Of a stretch of 64,000 bases of DNA, positions 25,106-37,349 are shown piece after piece. Source of the DNA: Octopus sinensis (lineage: Eukaryota); NCBI RefSeq assembly GCF_006345805.1, contig NC_042997.1, positions 196,478,001 to 196,542,000 of the forward strand. The letters run 5' to 3'. How positions within the stretch are numbered: the first letter of the stretch is position 1; each line of letters begins with the position of its first letter. The position numbers were made by a program, and so were the translations under genes. The notes beneath the pieces were generated by a model. It saw only the letters and a program-made list of their open reading frames with translations. It made no database searches and was not told the origin of the DNA.

Positions 25106-25506
25106 TCAGCCTAGAAATATAAAAAAAATAATCATCAGCTAATTACAAACACCATGTGCAACACAAATCGAATTTTAAATAAATTTTCCAGATTTTTATT
25201 TAAAGGAAAGTACACATCAGATTCATAATCAAATTAAGAAAAAAAACTTTAGATAAAATAATTTTAAAAATAGATAATCGATATTATTTAAACCTACTCG
25301 AATCTGAGAATCTGCGTAATTTAATTTTGAATTTTCTGTCAGACACAAATCTTTGAAAACGTGTAGAAAAATTTAATCGTAAGTACCTGACTGCTACAGA
25401 AGTATCTGCTGCTTTTTTTCCTTATATAACCCTTGCCTGTAGACCGTTGGTTTGCGATTAGATACATGATAATTATTAGGTTTGTAGGAAATGCAACGAT
25501 ATTATA

Positions 25507-26064
25507 TTAAGTTGTCCGGAAAGTTCGTGCCAATTTTTAAAGCAAAGAAAGGTCAATAAATACTTGCCATTACATTTTTAATCAACCAAATATAAACCAT
25601 TTTGTTGCACAATGCGTCTCCATCTTTCCTATGACTTGAAAATACCCTCTTCCCAGAATTGAAGTGGTTTCATGGCAAATAATTCATCAAGGTATCTTTT
25701 TACGTCATCCAAGGAATTGAAATTTTTACCATTAAGACTATTCTGCAGAGATCTGAATAAGTTGAAATCCGAAGGAGCAATATTTGGTGAATATGGAGAG
25801 TGGGGAACACATCCCAGCCGAGCTGCAGCAATTTATGTCTGGTTCGCAAAGCATCAAGTGCCGAAAATGAACTTTTTTTATCTTTAAAGGGTTACAGAAT
25901 TAACACAGGTTATAGGAACATAAATCTTCTTCCACGAAAAGATAGCTTAAACTGTGCTCTAAATGAAGGTGTAGTCAAATTCTATTTTATGGACTCAACC
26001 ATGTTCTAAAATAAGTCGAAAGGTAAGCTACTATAAATCGGCACGAACTTTCCGGACAACCCAA
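25507..26064 (-). mobile_element. mariner (DD34D) internal-deletion derivative, 558 bp, TIRs and TA target duplication intact
   Basis: TA|TTAAGTTGTCCGGAAAGTTCGTGCCAATTT ... AAATCGGCACGAACTTTCCGGACAACCCAA|TA. Minus strand encodes PYSPNIAPSDFNLFRSLQNSLNGKNF..FWEEGIFKS*ERWRRIVQQNG. Confidence 0.9.
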
Positions 26065-26185
26065 TACTTTATTATTAACAAAGAATAAACCAACGGTCAA
26101 TTGAATAATTAGATAAGTGACATGATGTACCGAGGCTACTTTAATTGCTGGGACTCCCACTTCATTCTCCGTATACATACGTACT

Positions 26186-26217
<32 letters not shown>

Positions 26218-26433
26218 ATATATAGCGTTGATATTATGTTAAGCTGTCGTATGTCCAAATGTATCCTTTTCAATATTTATGTTTGCTTGCAATAGCCGGT
26301 TCTTTTGGTCAAACTATCGTATCTCCAGCTAGTTCAGATGCCAAGATATCAAAATTTGTACAACGGTTTTGCTATGGAATGGTGAAACTATTTTTTCGTT
26401 TTGGACTTACGACACTTTCGCATAATAGTAACG

Positions 26434-26489
<56 letters not shown>

Positions 26490-26490
26490 T

Positions 26491-26541
<51 letters not shown>

Positions 26542-26551
26542 ATACACACAC

Positions 26552-26937
26552 ACGAGCAAAACGCCCCCCCCATCCAATGGACTGTGCTGAGTTGTCAAAC
26601 ATTTAAATCAAAATTTCTCAAAACAACTTGTCCGACCGTCCCATAGGCCTCCCCTTCGAGAAACACTGATTTAACCTAAATTTGAGACATCAGCAAAAGA
26701 AGAAATAAAGATAGACGTTTTTCTATTCCAAGAAGAACGATTTTACAAATGCACATTCCCACGCCTTTATCGATCGCATTCTCACCTGGAATCGATTTTT
26801 GTAATATTTTCAAGATTTACACACGCCTTGATACCGTCGGTAACTACATATCAAATTTGAGCGCAATCGGATGGAGGATGCCCGAGATCACAGAAGATAC
26901 ACATACAGACAGACAGAACGGATTTTATATAATAGAT
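26552..26937 (-). mobile_element. Non-autonomous Helitron-like element, copy 2 of the 5778 family
   Basis: Same termini (ACGAGCAAAACGCCCC ... GGATTTTATATAATAGAT) and internal sequence as 5778-6144. Confidence 0.65.
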
Positions 26938-27132
26938 ATCTTTAATCATCTCATAATAATGACTTTTATGACTTATATTACTACCTCAGTCCATCTAAAT
27001 GTATATGTCTGACGTTACCTTTCATAAAATGCCTTTTTTTAAAATTTAGAATGTGCATTTTCGTTGATTTTTCTTATTTTCCCCTGACATTTCCACGTGT
27101 ATTTTCTATTTTCTTTTTGTAACATATTTCTA

Positions 27133-27167
<35 letters not shown>

Positions 27168-27300
27168 ATTATCTACCTATCTATCTACCTACCTCACTCC
27201 CTATCTATATACGTACCTACCTACATACACATCTGTATATGTGTGTGCCTGTGTATGTGTGTTTGTTTATTCGTGCATACGTATGTGTGTGTGTGTGTTG

Positions 27301-27331
<31 letters not shown>

Positions 27332-28569
27332 TGTGTGTGTGGTGTGTGTGTGTGTGTGTGTGAGTGCGTATGTGCGTGCCCGTGTGTATTAATGAATCAT
27401 CTTATATTTCAATACATGTTAATAATTTCTTTCTTCTGCAATTCCTGAAATATCTTTTCTCTAAAGCTTTGTCACTTTGTTTTCAAATTGAGCGTCATTT
27501 GACGAAGAAAATAAATCTAAAAGAACGAATCTTTCTTTACATATCAAAAATAAGAAAAAAACCCCAAATTTAGAAACCAAAAATAAATGGAAGTGATACT
27601 TCGACATTAGAAGTCATGATGTCACTAAAGTCTTAAGTTATCAAAGTAACTAAACTGCAACTAAATATATATTGTTGCCAGCCATCTATGCTGAACAATT
27701 ATCGTTAATGGAGCTAATTTTATGAATTCTGTTGGTGACATCCAAAAAGGTCTCGGTTGTTTAACAAGAAAATTCACGGAATTCATCTCATAGGAAAAGT
27801 ATTCTTAATAATACAACGTAGGTACCGCCATTTTTGATAAATTTAGAATCGCTGCGTTGCTTTATTTTATTCTCTAAACAAGTCGATATATTTAGAGAAA
27901 AGACTAAATGTAGAGGAGCAAAAAAATAAATTGAATAGGAAAAAAATATATGCTTTAGTTAGGTTTTGTCGTGATATTTGTAACGAATATTCAATCGACG
28001 TGGGATCGAATGGAGAAATGTCAATCATTTTGCCCTACTTTCTTCCTACGTTCGATTCAATATAATAACGATTATATATATAAGGAGGAGAAGTAGGAGG
28101 AGTAGAAGGAGGAGCACAAGTTGTAATTCAAGTTGCGAAAAAAAGAAAAAATGTAGAGAGAAATCAATATGGAATATGCATAAGCACACACGCACGCACG
28201 CAAGCGCGCACACAAATTTCATCTATGAATGCTCGTCTATCGCCCTCACCCGTGTTTTTCTCTTTTTATATACTGTCACTATAACTCTCTTTCTCCTCTC
28301 TTTTTCTCTCCCTCCCCCTCTTTCTCACATATTCATTAGAAAATATATTCGACAGTCACTTCGAAGTTTAGGCTTACTATTAACAAACAGTCTGATGACA
28401 GTAAGGAAGCCGACACTTCGAAGTTACTGTTAACATTTTCCATGTAAAGGTTAAAGAAGTGCTTTCTCGAAAAGTATTGGTTTTAAATATAATTTCACAT
28501 AAAAAACAAGTATATATGTGTGTGTGTGTATGTATATACATGTGTGCGCATATATATATGTATATATAC

Positions 28570-28605
<36 letters not shown>

Positions 28606-28836
28606 GTATATATATATGTGTGTGTATATGTATGTGTACACACACACACACACATATATATATATACACACACGTATATATGTATATATATATGTGTGTG
28701 TGTGTACATATATGTGTATGTACATATATATATATATATAATAAATCCAAAAAGCGAAGAACAAGCACAAAAAAAGAACGCGAGGACGTGGTATATGCAA
28801 AGTATTAACATACGCCCAGGGAAGGAAAGAAAAGAG

Positions 28837-28871
28837 GTTTAACGTTTCGAGCAAAGCTCTTCTTCAGAAAC
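28837..28871 (-). ncRNA. Minimal type I hammerhead ribozyme motif, Penelope-type (host repeat about 28740-28935)
   Basis: Minus strand reads GTTT-CTGAAGA-A-GAGC ttt GCTC-GAAA-CG-TT-AAAC. Stem I 4 bp, stem II 4 bp, palindromic ACGT stem III. Confidence 0.7.
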
Positions 28872-28946
28872 AGAGGAAAGTCCAATAGAAAAGGAAGACG
28901 GGGGAAAAATCGCCAACGATTCACATGGTTACATTTTCAAATGGAA

Positions 28947-29008
<62 letters not shown>

Positions 29009-29215
29009 GAGGCACGTGGCCTACTGGTTAGGCTGTTTTCCTCACGATTGAGAAATCACGAGTTCGATTTCCCGATTGGGCGGTGTGTTGTGTTCATTAG
29101 CAAAACCTTTTATCTCACGTTGCTCTGCGATCGCTTCGACCCCCGTCGTGTGGCACACTGTGCACCTGTCGATTTGATGGAGAGAGTGAGCTAATGAAAC
29201 AAATCATCTGCGCCG
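29009..29215 (+). mobile_element. Diverged family D-like tRNA SINE
   Basis: GAGGCACGTGGCCTACTGGTTAGG..GAGTTCGATTTCC..GTGTTGTGTTCATTAGCAAAACC. Confidence 0.5.
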
Positions 29216-29779
29216 GTTGTCCAGCAAGAAGCTGCAGAAGCGTCTTTCTCGGATTACGAGAATCTACCATTACACACACACACACACGTACTTATCTGTC
29301 TACCCATCTGTGTTAACATGTGACATTATTGACCGAGGTTACCGTGGTCTTTTCCGTAGGCTTTTCTTTCCACGGAAAAAACCTTATCTGTTTCCCCCCT
29401 TTACACTTTACATCATGACATTTCTGTGATACACGATCCCTATTGATCGTTTTTTTCTCTTTCCTTTTTACGATCCCTTTTGATCGATAACCTACCCCAC
29501 ATTTTTTTCTCTCCAAAAAGAAAAGCTCTACTTTGTAATCTGTCCCGTCTGTGTTCAGCCTTGTGTGGCTAATAAAGAAACATATCTATCTATGTACCTA
29601 CCTACCTACCCATCTATGTACCTACCTACCTACCTACCTACCTCTCTATCTCTCTCTACCTACCTACCTACCTACCTACCTACGTAATATCTATTTATTT
29701 ATCTCTCATTGATGTACCTGAATTTTCCATTTCGTCAGTGAACGCCCATTTTTTAGTTGTTGATATTAAGATCTTCATC

Positions 29780-29814
<35 letters not shown>

Positions 29815-31247
29815 CCTCATCCAAAATTTGATTTCGTAAACGACTACCCTCTTAAAGTGCTTTTTCATTCATTTCAAGCTGAATCTAGTTGTGTTTCTTG
29901 TTCTCCGAAGAGCTTAGAAATAAGACCGCTGCTACTTATAATATGACTGATCACACTAAGTATTTTTCGAAGTATCGTTGATATTACTAATATGGCTGCT
30001 TTACAACGCTTTATCTCCGTTTTAGCAGTCGTCATGATAAATAGAGAAAGTAAATATGAAATTGATTTACGTCAGGCATTTTGAAATAAAAATACTTTCT
30101 TCGTTTTGTTTGATATAAATATAATAGCTTTTTCTTCTGCACCTGTCAAAGTGGATCAATGTTATTCCGTAAATAATCACTTTAGAATCGAATGTTCTTT
30201 CGCACGCTATGGCCTTACAATATTTTCAGTCCCCCCCTCTTCTTTTCTTTTTCGAATTATTATTTCAACTCCAGATCGCCGAAAATGTGTTTTAAGCAAG
30301 TTTTCTTGATTAACGTTCTTGAGACCTTGATCTGTTGCATGGATTAGCAGCCGAGAAAGATTATGGTGAACCATTCTTAATTATCAAAGAAAAAAAAGTG
30401 TTATGGTCTTATGTTTATGCCTTCTTTACGTTTTCTAGAGTACAGTGCTTTGGTAACATTCACATTTCACAGTGACAGTTAGAGAAAATCTATTAAGTAA
30501 ACTAGTAAATTTTGAGGTTGCCAAATAACATTATTCTAGAGACATTTCATTTCTCAAACAGTGTATTAAAGGATAAGAATATATCTGAATTACAAACTCT
30601 GGTTTGGGAATAAGATAAGAAAATAATCTAGATATTTTGAGACAACTTTGGAAGGGATTGAAAAAGAATTATCTTATAGAAGTATAATAGAGCCGGATGA
30701 TTTCGAAGAAAGAACTCATATAATAACGTAAACAATTTTCTAGATATTATTGGAAAAAGAAAAAAACAACAACAAAAAAACACACTTATCCAAAACAAAC
30801 GCAAAACAATGAATAAACTGCTTCCTGTATTTTCCCACTGTTTCTATTGTTTGCAGACACAACTCATTCATTCTATTGTGATGCTTTATTTTATATGAAA
30901 ATATTCTAAAAGTATTTTAAGATATTTGTTTGGAATATTGTAGGCTTAATGCATATTCAATTATAAATAATATTCTTTATATATTAAAACTCTTATTCTT
31001 AATTAAATCTGTAGCTTTTTTTTTTCAATTCATTTGAGATCATCATAATGGTAGGATAATGAGAAGGAAGTTTGCAATGCTGGTATATGTGAATCTACGA
31101 TTCCACCGTTTCAATAGAACCAGAGCTCTACATAAAATCACGTTAGAAATGAAGTGAATTCAATTCGTATTCACTGCTTTCTTACATTTCTTTGGATATC
31201 GAGAATTTACAATTTTCCACCAAAATCCTAACTGATCTGATAAATAA

Positions 31248-31835
31248 CTGGCGTAGCTTTGTTGTAAGAAGCTTGCTTCTCAACCACAGGATTTCGGGTT
31301 CAATCCTACTCCGTGACAGCTTGGGCAAGTATCTTCTACTATAATCACAGGCCGACTAAAGCTTTGTGAGTGGATTTGGTAGACGGAAACTGAAATAAAC
31401 CCGTCGTGTGTGTATATATATATATATATATATGGCCATATCACGTTGAAAGCACCGGTTCTCGTCCGATCACCGAAGTTAAGCAACGTCGAGCCTAGTT
31501 AGTACTTAGATGGGAGACCGCTTGGGAAACCTAGGTGCTGTAAGCATCACACATTTAATGGCGGTGCTCCAGCATGGCCACAGTCATTGGCCTGAAACAT
31601 ATAAAAGAATATATATACATGTGTGTGTGTGTTTCTGTCTGTGTTTGTTTCCCACCACTGTTTGACAACCGGTGCTGGCATGTTTACGTCGAGGTAACTT
31701 AGCGGTTCATCAAAAAAGACCGATAGAATAAGAACCAGATATAAAAACGCGACGTTTCATTTGACTAAAAATTCCTAAAGGTGGTGCTCCAGCATGGCTG
31801 CAGCCTAGGGACTAAAGCAAATAGAATATAAAAAA
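31248..31835 (+). mobile_element. Family A SINE interrupted in its internal (TA)n by a 5S-headed insertion
   Basis: A 5' half at 31248-31433, A 3' half at about 31611-31835. Confidence 0.75.
31434..31547 (+). pseudogene. 5S rRNA-derived sequence lacking the first approximately 6 nt; head of a putative SINE3 (31434-31610)
   Basis: GGCCATATCACGTTGAAAGCACCGGTTCTCGTCCGATCACCGAAGTTAAGCAACGTCGAGCCTAGTTAGTACTTAGATGGGAGACCGCTTGGGAAACCTAGGTGCTGTAAGCAT matches metazoan 5S along its length. There is no oligo-T terminator; it is followed by the family-A tail. Confidence 0.9.
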
Positions 31836-31860
31836 ATATGTTGCATTTGGATTTGACTTG

Positions 31861-32611
31861 CGGGATGGGGCAAGGGGGACGGACGTTTTTGAAATGCCTA
31901 TTATTCAGCCCCAGTGGGAGGGACATATATCCGACATATACCATTCGGTCCGTGTTGACTTAGCCTTATTTGTATTTTTTTCAGGTGAAGCCATGGCGCC
32001 AAGGACAATAGAACATTGTGTATTTGCCTACGACAGTTACGTGAAGAATAACGAATCCGTCACAGCAATCCAGCGTGATTTTCGGCGTCACTTCAACATT
32101 CACCGAAATCAGGCTGTTCCCATCCGTAACACAATCTTACGTTGGGTGAATGCATTTCGTACACGAGCTACACTAATGTATAGGAGACTGGTGGGGGCGC
32201 CTCGAACGGCACGGATCCCAGAAAATGTGCAACACGTCAGAGAAGCTTTGATACGGATTCCGAATCGCTCTGCTCGGAGGCATACCACTGAACTTGGCAT
32301 CGGTAATCGATCGGTATGGCATATATTGCATGAAGACCTTCATTTCTACCCGTACAAATTGGTCGTTAGGCAACAGTTGAAACCATGGAACTATGCAGAG
32401 AGCAATGCCGGAGAGACTGGAAGCCAACTTCCAAGAACATCTTCACAAATGAATCAATGAAAACGGAATTACATGATGGATGTTTTCCACACTTAATTTT
32501 GACAAATGCTAATTCAATACAAGCATATTGATGTCAATAAAATTTGTTTACAGCTAAAATTAACGATTTTGTGAATTTTTCAAAAAAGCCTGTTCTCTCT
32601 GCCCCACCCTG
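31861..32611 (+). mobile_element. Tc1/mariner-superfamily deletion derivative (N-terminal HTH/DUF4817-like region + C-terminal tip, no DDE core)
   Basis: 33-bp imperfect TIRs (24/33 identical) at 31861-31893 and 32579-32611, flanked by TG and TA. From ATG 31993: VFAYDSYVKNNESVTAIQRDFRRHF..PIRNTILRWVNAF..SARRHTTELGI..ILHEDLHFYPYKL. An out-of-frame C-terminus ERLEANFQEHLHK*INENG follows. Confidence 0.85.
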
Positions 32612-32691
32612 TATATTTACTTAGTATTTCTTTGAAATTAGAAGAATCTTTGCTGTAAAAGAATCCTTATTTTTACATTTAAATCATGGCG

Positions 32692-32751
<60 letters not shown>

Positions 32752-32822
32752 TATATATATGGACACAACATGCACCAAATTTCTTCTTAAAAAAATATAT
32801 ATATTCAAATAAGTAAAATATA

Positions 32823-32857
32823 ATATCATGAATAGCGATAGCGAAACCGGTCGATAT
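32823..32857 (+). ncRNA. Degenerate minimal hammerhead (two core mismatches)
   Basis: ATATC-ATGAATA-GC gata GC-GAAA-CCGG-TC-GATAT. Confidence 0.35.
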
Positions 32858-33739
32858 ATTAAAACTATGTAAGTGTGCGTATTTTCCTTTTTTAATTTCT
32901 TATATATATATATATATATATATATACATAGATATATATATACATATATATGTAATTAAATAAACTACTAATTTATGCATTTGCAAAATCTACACTTCTA
33001 TCGCGGAAAATGATCCGTAATAGATGAATTAAAAATAAGCAACGAATTCTTTAGGAAAATAATTGTGATAACATTTTCTCGAAAGCCCGATAGAAATTCA
33101 TTTTAGAGTAATAGGAAATAAGCTCAAAGATCTTTAGTGCTTTTTGTTGCTCGAGGCAAGAATAAATCAGCGAAAATGTTTGTTTCTTAATGCACCATTT
33201 CCATAAAGTAGTTTCGTGTTTTAAATACTAAAAACGAACAAAATTAGAGAGAATGATAGCCTTACATTTAGATTGTGCATAATGTATTTCTTCTTTGCGT
33301 TTGATGTTTGGGTCAATAAATTCCACAAGAAAAGCAATTAATTCACATCAGTGTGTTTTATAGGACGACAAGAGATTATTTAAAACAAGTGTCCTGATTG
33401 AAAAAGACAAACAAGGAACTGCTTTTCGAAAACGGAATTGGATAACACTTTCTATGTTAACTGTTGTATATGGATACGTACACACACGAATAGAGGCCGT
33501 TATAGTTTCAGTACGTTTGTGTGCGCGTGTGTGTGTGTGTATACAAATATATACGCACCAAAAGCAGTTGGAATATTTACTGAAGCTTATTTTGTGAGTT
33601 CTCTCTGAATAACTTGATTTTGTTTCGTGGATAGAGTATGTTTAAAAATGCATCAGATTTTGAAATGAGAATGAAAGCCTAGCATAAAAAAATGATAAAT
33701 ATAAACACCGAGGAGGGAGGAATAAAAGAGGGAGATTTA

Positions 33740-34085
33740 ATAATAACAATAATGGCTTCAAATTTAGGCACAACGCCAGCAGTTTCAGGATAGTGGATAA
33801 GTCAATTAAATCGACTCAAGTGCTCAACTGGTACTTATTTTATCGAATCCGACTGGCTGAAATGCAGAGTCAGTCTCGAAGAAGAAGAAGAAGAAGAAGA
33901 ACAACAACAACAAGAACCGCAGCAGCAACAGCAACAACAACAACAACAGCAACAGCAACAGCAACAGCAACAACAACAACAACGGATTTTGATCTTAACT
34001 CAGGCGGAATCTAAACTCAGAGCGTAAAGGGCCAGAACCAATACCTCAAGGCATTTTGTCCAGTACTTAAACGATTCTCCCAATA
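33740..34085 (-). mobile_element. Old family B SINE split by a (GAA)n-(CAA/CAG)n microsatellite (about 33877-33983)
   Basis: B-like blocks flank the trinucleotide run on both sides. Confidence 0.55.
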
Positions 34086-34419
34086 GAGCAACCTTTACTA
34101 CCACCACCACCACCACCACCATAACTACTACCACCACCACCACTACTACTACTACTACTACTGGAAGTAATGGTAGTAGGAGTAGGAGTAGTAGTGGTTG
34201 TAGGAGTAGTAGTGTAGTAGCTGAAGAGAAAGTGAGGAAAAAAGAAGCAAAAAAAATATGACCATCACGTTTAAAACTCTACATCTTTGCTACGTTAAAT
34301 ACACATCGATAGTAAAAAAAAGAAACAATCTTTACTAACTTACAGCACCATCACCGTCACCTCTATCACCATGACCATCACCACGAATAATGTATACTCT
34401 GAGTAACATTTAATATTGG

Positions 34420-34582
34420 GCATACAGGAGTGGCTGTGTGGTAAATAGCTTGCTTGCCAACCGCATAGTTCCGGTTTCAGTCTCACTGCGTGGTACCTTG
34501 GGCAAGTGTTTTCTGCTATAGGCTTGGGCCGACCAAAGCCTTGTGAGTGGATGTGGTACACGGAAACTGAAAGAAGCCCATC

Positions 34583-34653
<71 letters not shown>

Positions 34654-35900
34654 GCGTGTGTATATGTTTGTGTGTCTGTGTTTGACCCCACCCCACCAAC
34701 ATCCCTTGACAACAGATGCTGGTTTGGTTACGTCCCTGTAACAAACGGTTCGGCAAAAGAGACCGATATAATAAGTGCTAAGCTTACAAGAATAAGTCCT
34801 GGGGTTGATTTGTTCGACTAAAGGCGCATGGCCGCAGTCAAATGACTGAAACAATTAAAAGAATAAAAGAATATATATGTGTGTGTATGCTTGGGTGTCT
34901 GTGTTTGTCCCTCCACCATCGCTTGACAACCGACGTGAGTGTGGTTACGTCCCCGTAACTTAGCAGTTCGGCAATAGAGACCGATAGAATAAGTGCTAGG
35001 CTTACAAAGTGTAAGTTCTGGGGCCGATCTGTTCGACTAAAGGCGATGCTCCAGCATGGCCGCAGTCAAAGGACTGAAACAAATAAAAGAATATATATGC
35101 TTGTGTTTCTGTATTTATCCCTCCACCATCGCTTGACAACCGATGTGGGTGTGGTTACGTCCCCGTAACTTAGCGGTTCGGCAAAATTAGTGCTGGGGAC
35201 GATTTGTTCGACTAAAGGCGATGCTCCAGCGTGGCCGCAGTGAAATGACTGAAACAAGTAAAAGAATAAAAGAGTATATGCGTGTGTGTGTATGCTTGTG
35301 TGTCTGTGTTTGTCCCCCCAACATCGCTTGACAACCGATGGTCGTGTGGTTACGTCCCCGTAACTTAGCGGTTCGGCAATAGAGACCGATAGAATAAGTG
35401 CTAGGCTTACAAAGTGTAAGTCCTGGGGCCGATCTGTTCGACTAAAGGCGGTGCTCCAGCATGGCCGCAGTCAAATGACTGAAACAAATAAAAGAATATA
35501 TATGCTTGTGTTTCTGTGTTTATCCCTCCACCATCGCTTGACAACCGATGTGGGTTTGGTCACGTCCCCGTAACATAGCGGTTTGGCTATAGAGACCGAT
35601 AGAATAAGTGCTAGGCTTACAAAGAATAAGTCGTGGGGACGATCTGTTCGACTAAAGGCGATGCTCCAGCATGGCCGCAGTCAAATTAGTGAAACAAGTA
35701 AAAGAATAAAAGAATATATATGTGTTTGCCAACCGACGTGAGTCTGCTTACGTCCCCGTAACTTTGCGGTTCAGCAAGCAGACAAATAAAATAAGTGCTA
35801 GGCTTACAAAGTGTAAGTCCTGGGGCCGATCTGTTCGACTAATGGCGGTGCTCCAGCATGGCCGCAGTCAAATGACTGAAACAAGTAAAAGAATAAAAAA
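34420..35900 (+). repeat. Family A SINE followed by five tandem 3'-half copies
   Basis: Full copy ends about 34872; further units start near 34873, 35093, 35275, 35499 and 35715, each ending GAAACAA..TAAAAGA. Confidence 0.9.
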
Positions 35901-36295
35901 AGAAAATACACATTTCACATGTAGAACTGCTTGTGATGATGAATGAGAGACATGTGCAGTTGCTCGAACAAACCAATATCAAAAACATCACTTAGATGGA
36001 AAATAAAATCTTGGCAGTTACTTTCAAGTGTTATTTGTGGCTTTCTTGCTAAAAAAAAAAATATTTATTTTAATCGAGGGAATAAAAAAAAAAAAAATGA
36101 AGTAAAGACGTCGAGGAAATTGATATGAGATATTCAAAGTTTAAACATTTCGAAAAAATTCATAAAAGACTGCCCACAGCTTAAATCATAATGCGAAGTA
36201 AGCTCTGTGAAATAAAAAAAAATTAAAAAAATATAACTGCACGTGCTGGTGGATCTTCGTCGTTCGACGACGAGGATTCGGTTGTTCGATTATCT

Positions 36296-36676
36296 GAGTT
36301 ACGTGCTCCTCTCCTGAGATAACGTGTAAGTAGCTGAGTATTCCAGAGACACGTGTACCTTTAATGTAATTCTCAGGCAAGATTAGCATGATACTGAGTT
36401 ACCTGCTCCTCTCCTGAGTTAACGTGTAAGTGGCTGAGTATTCCAGAGACACGTGTACCTTTAATGTAATTCACAGGCAAGATTAGCATGATACTGAGTT
36501 ACGTGCTCCTGAGATAACGTGTAAGTGGCTGAGTATTCCAGAGACACGTGTACCTTTAATGTAATTCACCGGCAAGATTAGCATGATACTGAGTTACGTG
36601 CTCCTGAGATCACGTGTAAGTGGCTGAGTATTCCAGAGACACGTGTACCTTTAATGTAATTCTCAGGCAAGATTAG
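36296..36676 (-). repeat. Four-copy minisatellite (100, 100, 95, about 86 bp) derived from the family C tail i
   Basis: Units start at 36296, 36396, 36496 and 36591. Reverse complement AAGGTACACGTGTCTCTGGAATACTCAGCCACTTACACGTT matches about 284-325; the SINE end follows at 36240-36295. Confidence 0.85.
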
Positions 36677-37349
36677 AGTGAAGCTGTGCGTGTAACAAAT
36701 CCGTATCATTTCAATTACACGTACAATCTATCTAGCCGGCTTCCGCACAGTTTCCATTTTCCCAATTTCATTTAGAAAGTGTGAGTCTTTTTGAATTTTC
36801 GTCGTATTTTTTCCTCCTCAATGTGACCCCGTAACATCCTTTTCGTTGGTCTTTCACGCCTTTATTTTGGACTCATTTCATTCGCCCCTTCTTTTCCACT
36901 GTTTTCCATTCGGGACAATTTTCTACTATTCTCTATACTTAATATACTCATCATATTCGCAAAATGGTGGGGTGGTTCCCTTAGGAAGGAGCCCTTGGGC
37001 TCCCTGGCTGTTGGCCCTAGAAACCGTGAAAGGGACAAGTCTTTTTTACTATTCTCGGAACTGAGATCGGCACTAATTTGAAAACAGTAGTTTCCAAAGT
37101 AAGGATATGCTGTTGCTGTTGGTCCATCTCTTATTGTCAACCATTTCCTCTTTCTCTCCGAATTACCGGCTCTTTCGGGTATAAAAATCTCCACATGGTT
37201 CCGGGTTCAGTCCCACTGTGTGGCGCCTTGAGCGAGTGTCTTCACCTTTAGCCTCGGGCCGAAGTCTAATGACTGAAACAAGTAAAAAATAAAAGAAAGA
37301 TAACTCTTTCAGTAATTGGGCCTTCTCCCCAAACGATTATCCTAACTGA

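Noticed and set aside
31434-31547. Functional 5S rRNA gene
   Set aside because: The 5' helix I strand is missing, there is no oligo-T terminator, it is not in a tandem array, and it is fused to a SINE tail.
34873-36676. CRISPR-like regularly repeated arrays
   Set aside because: The units are 95-220 bp SINE fragments with no unique spacers, in a eukaryotic context with no cas genes.
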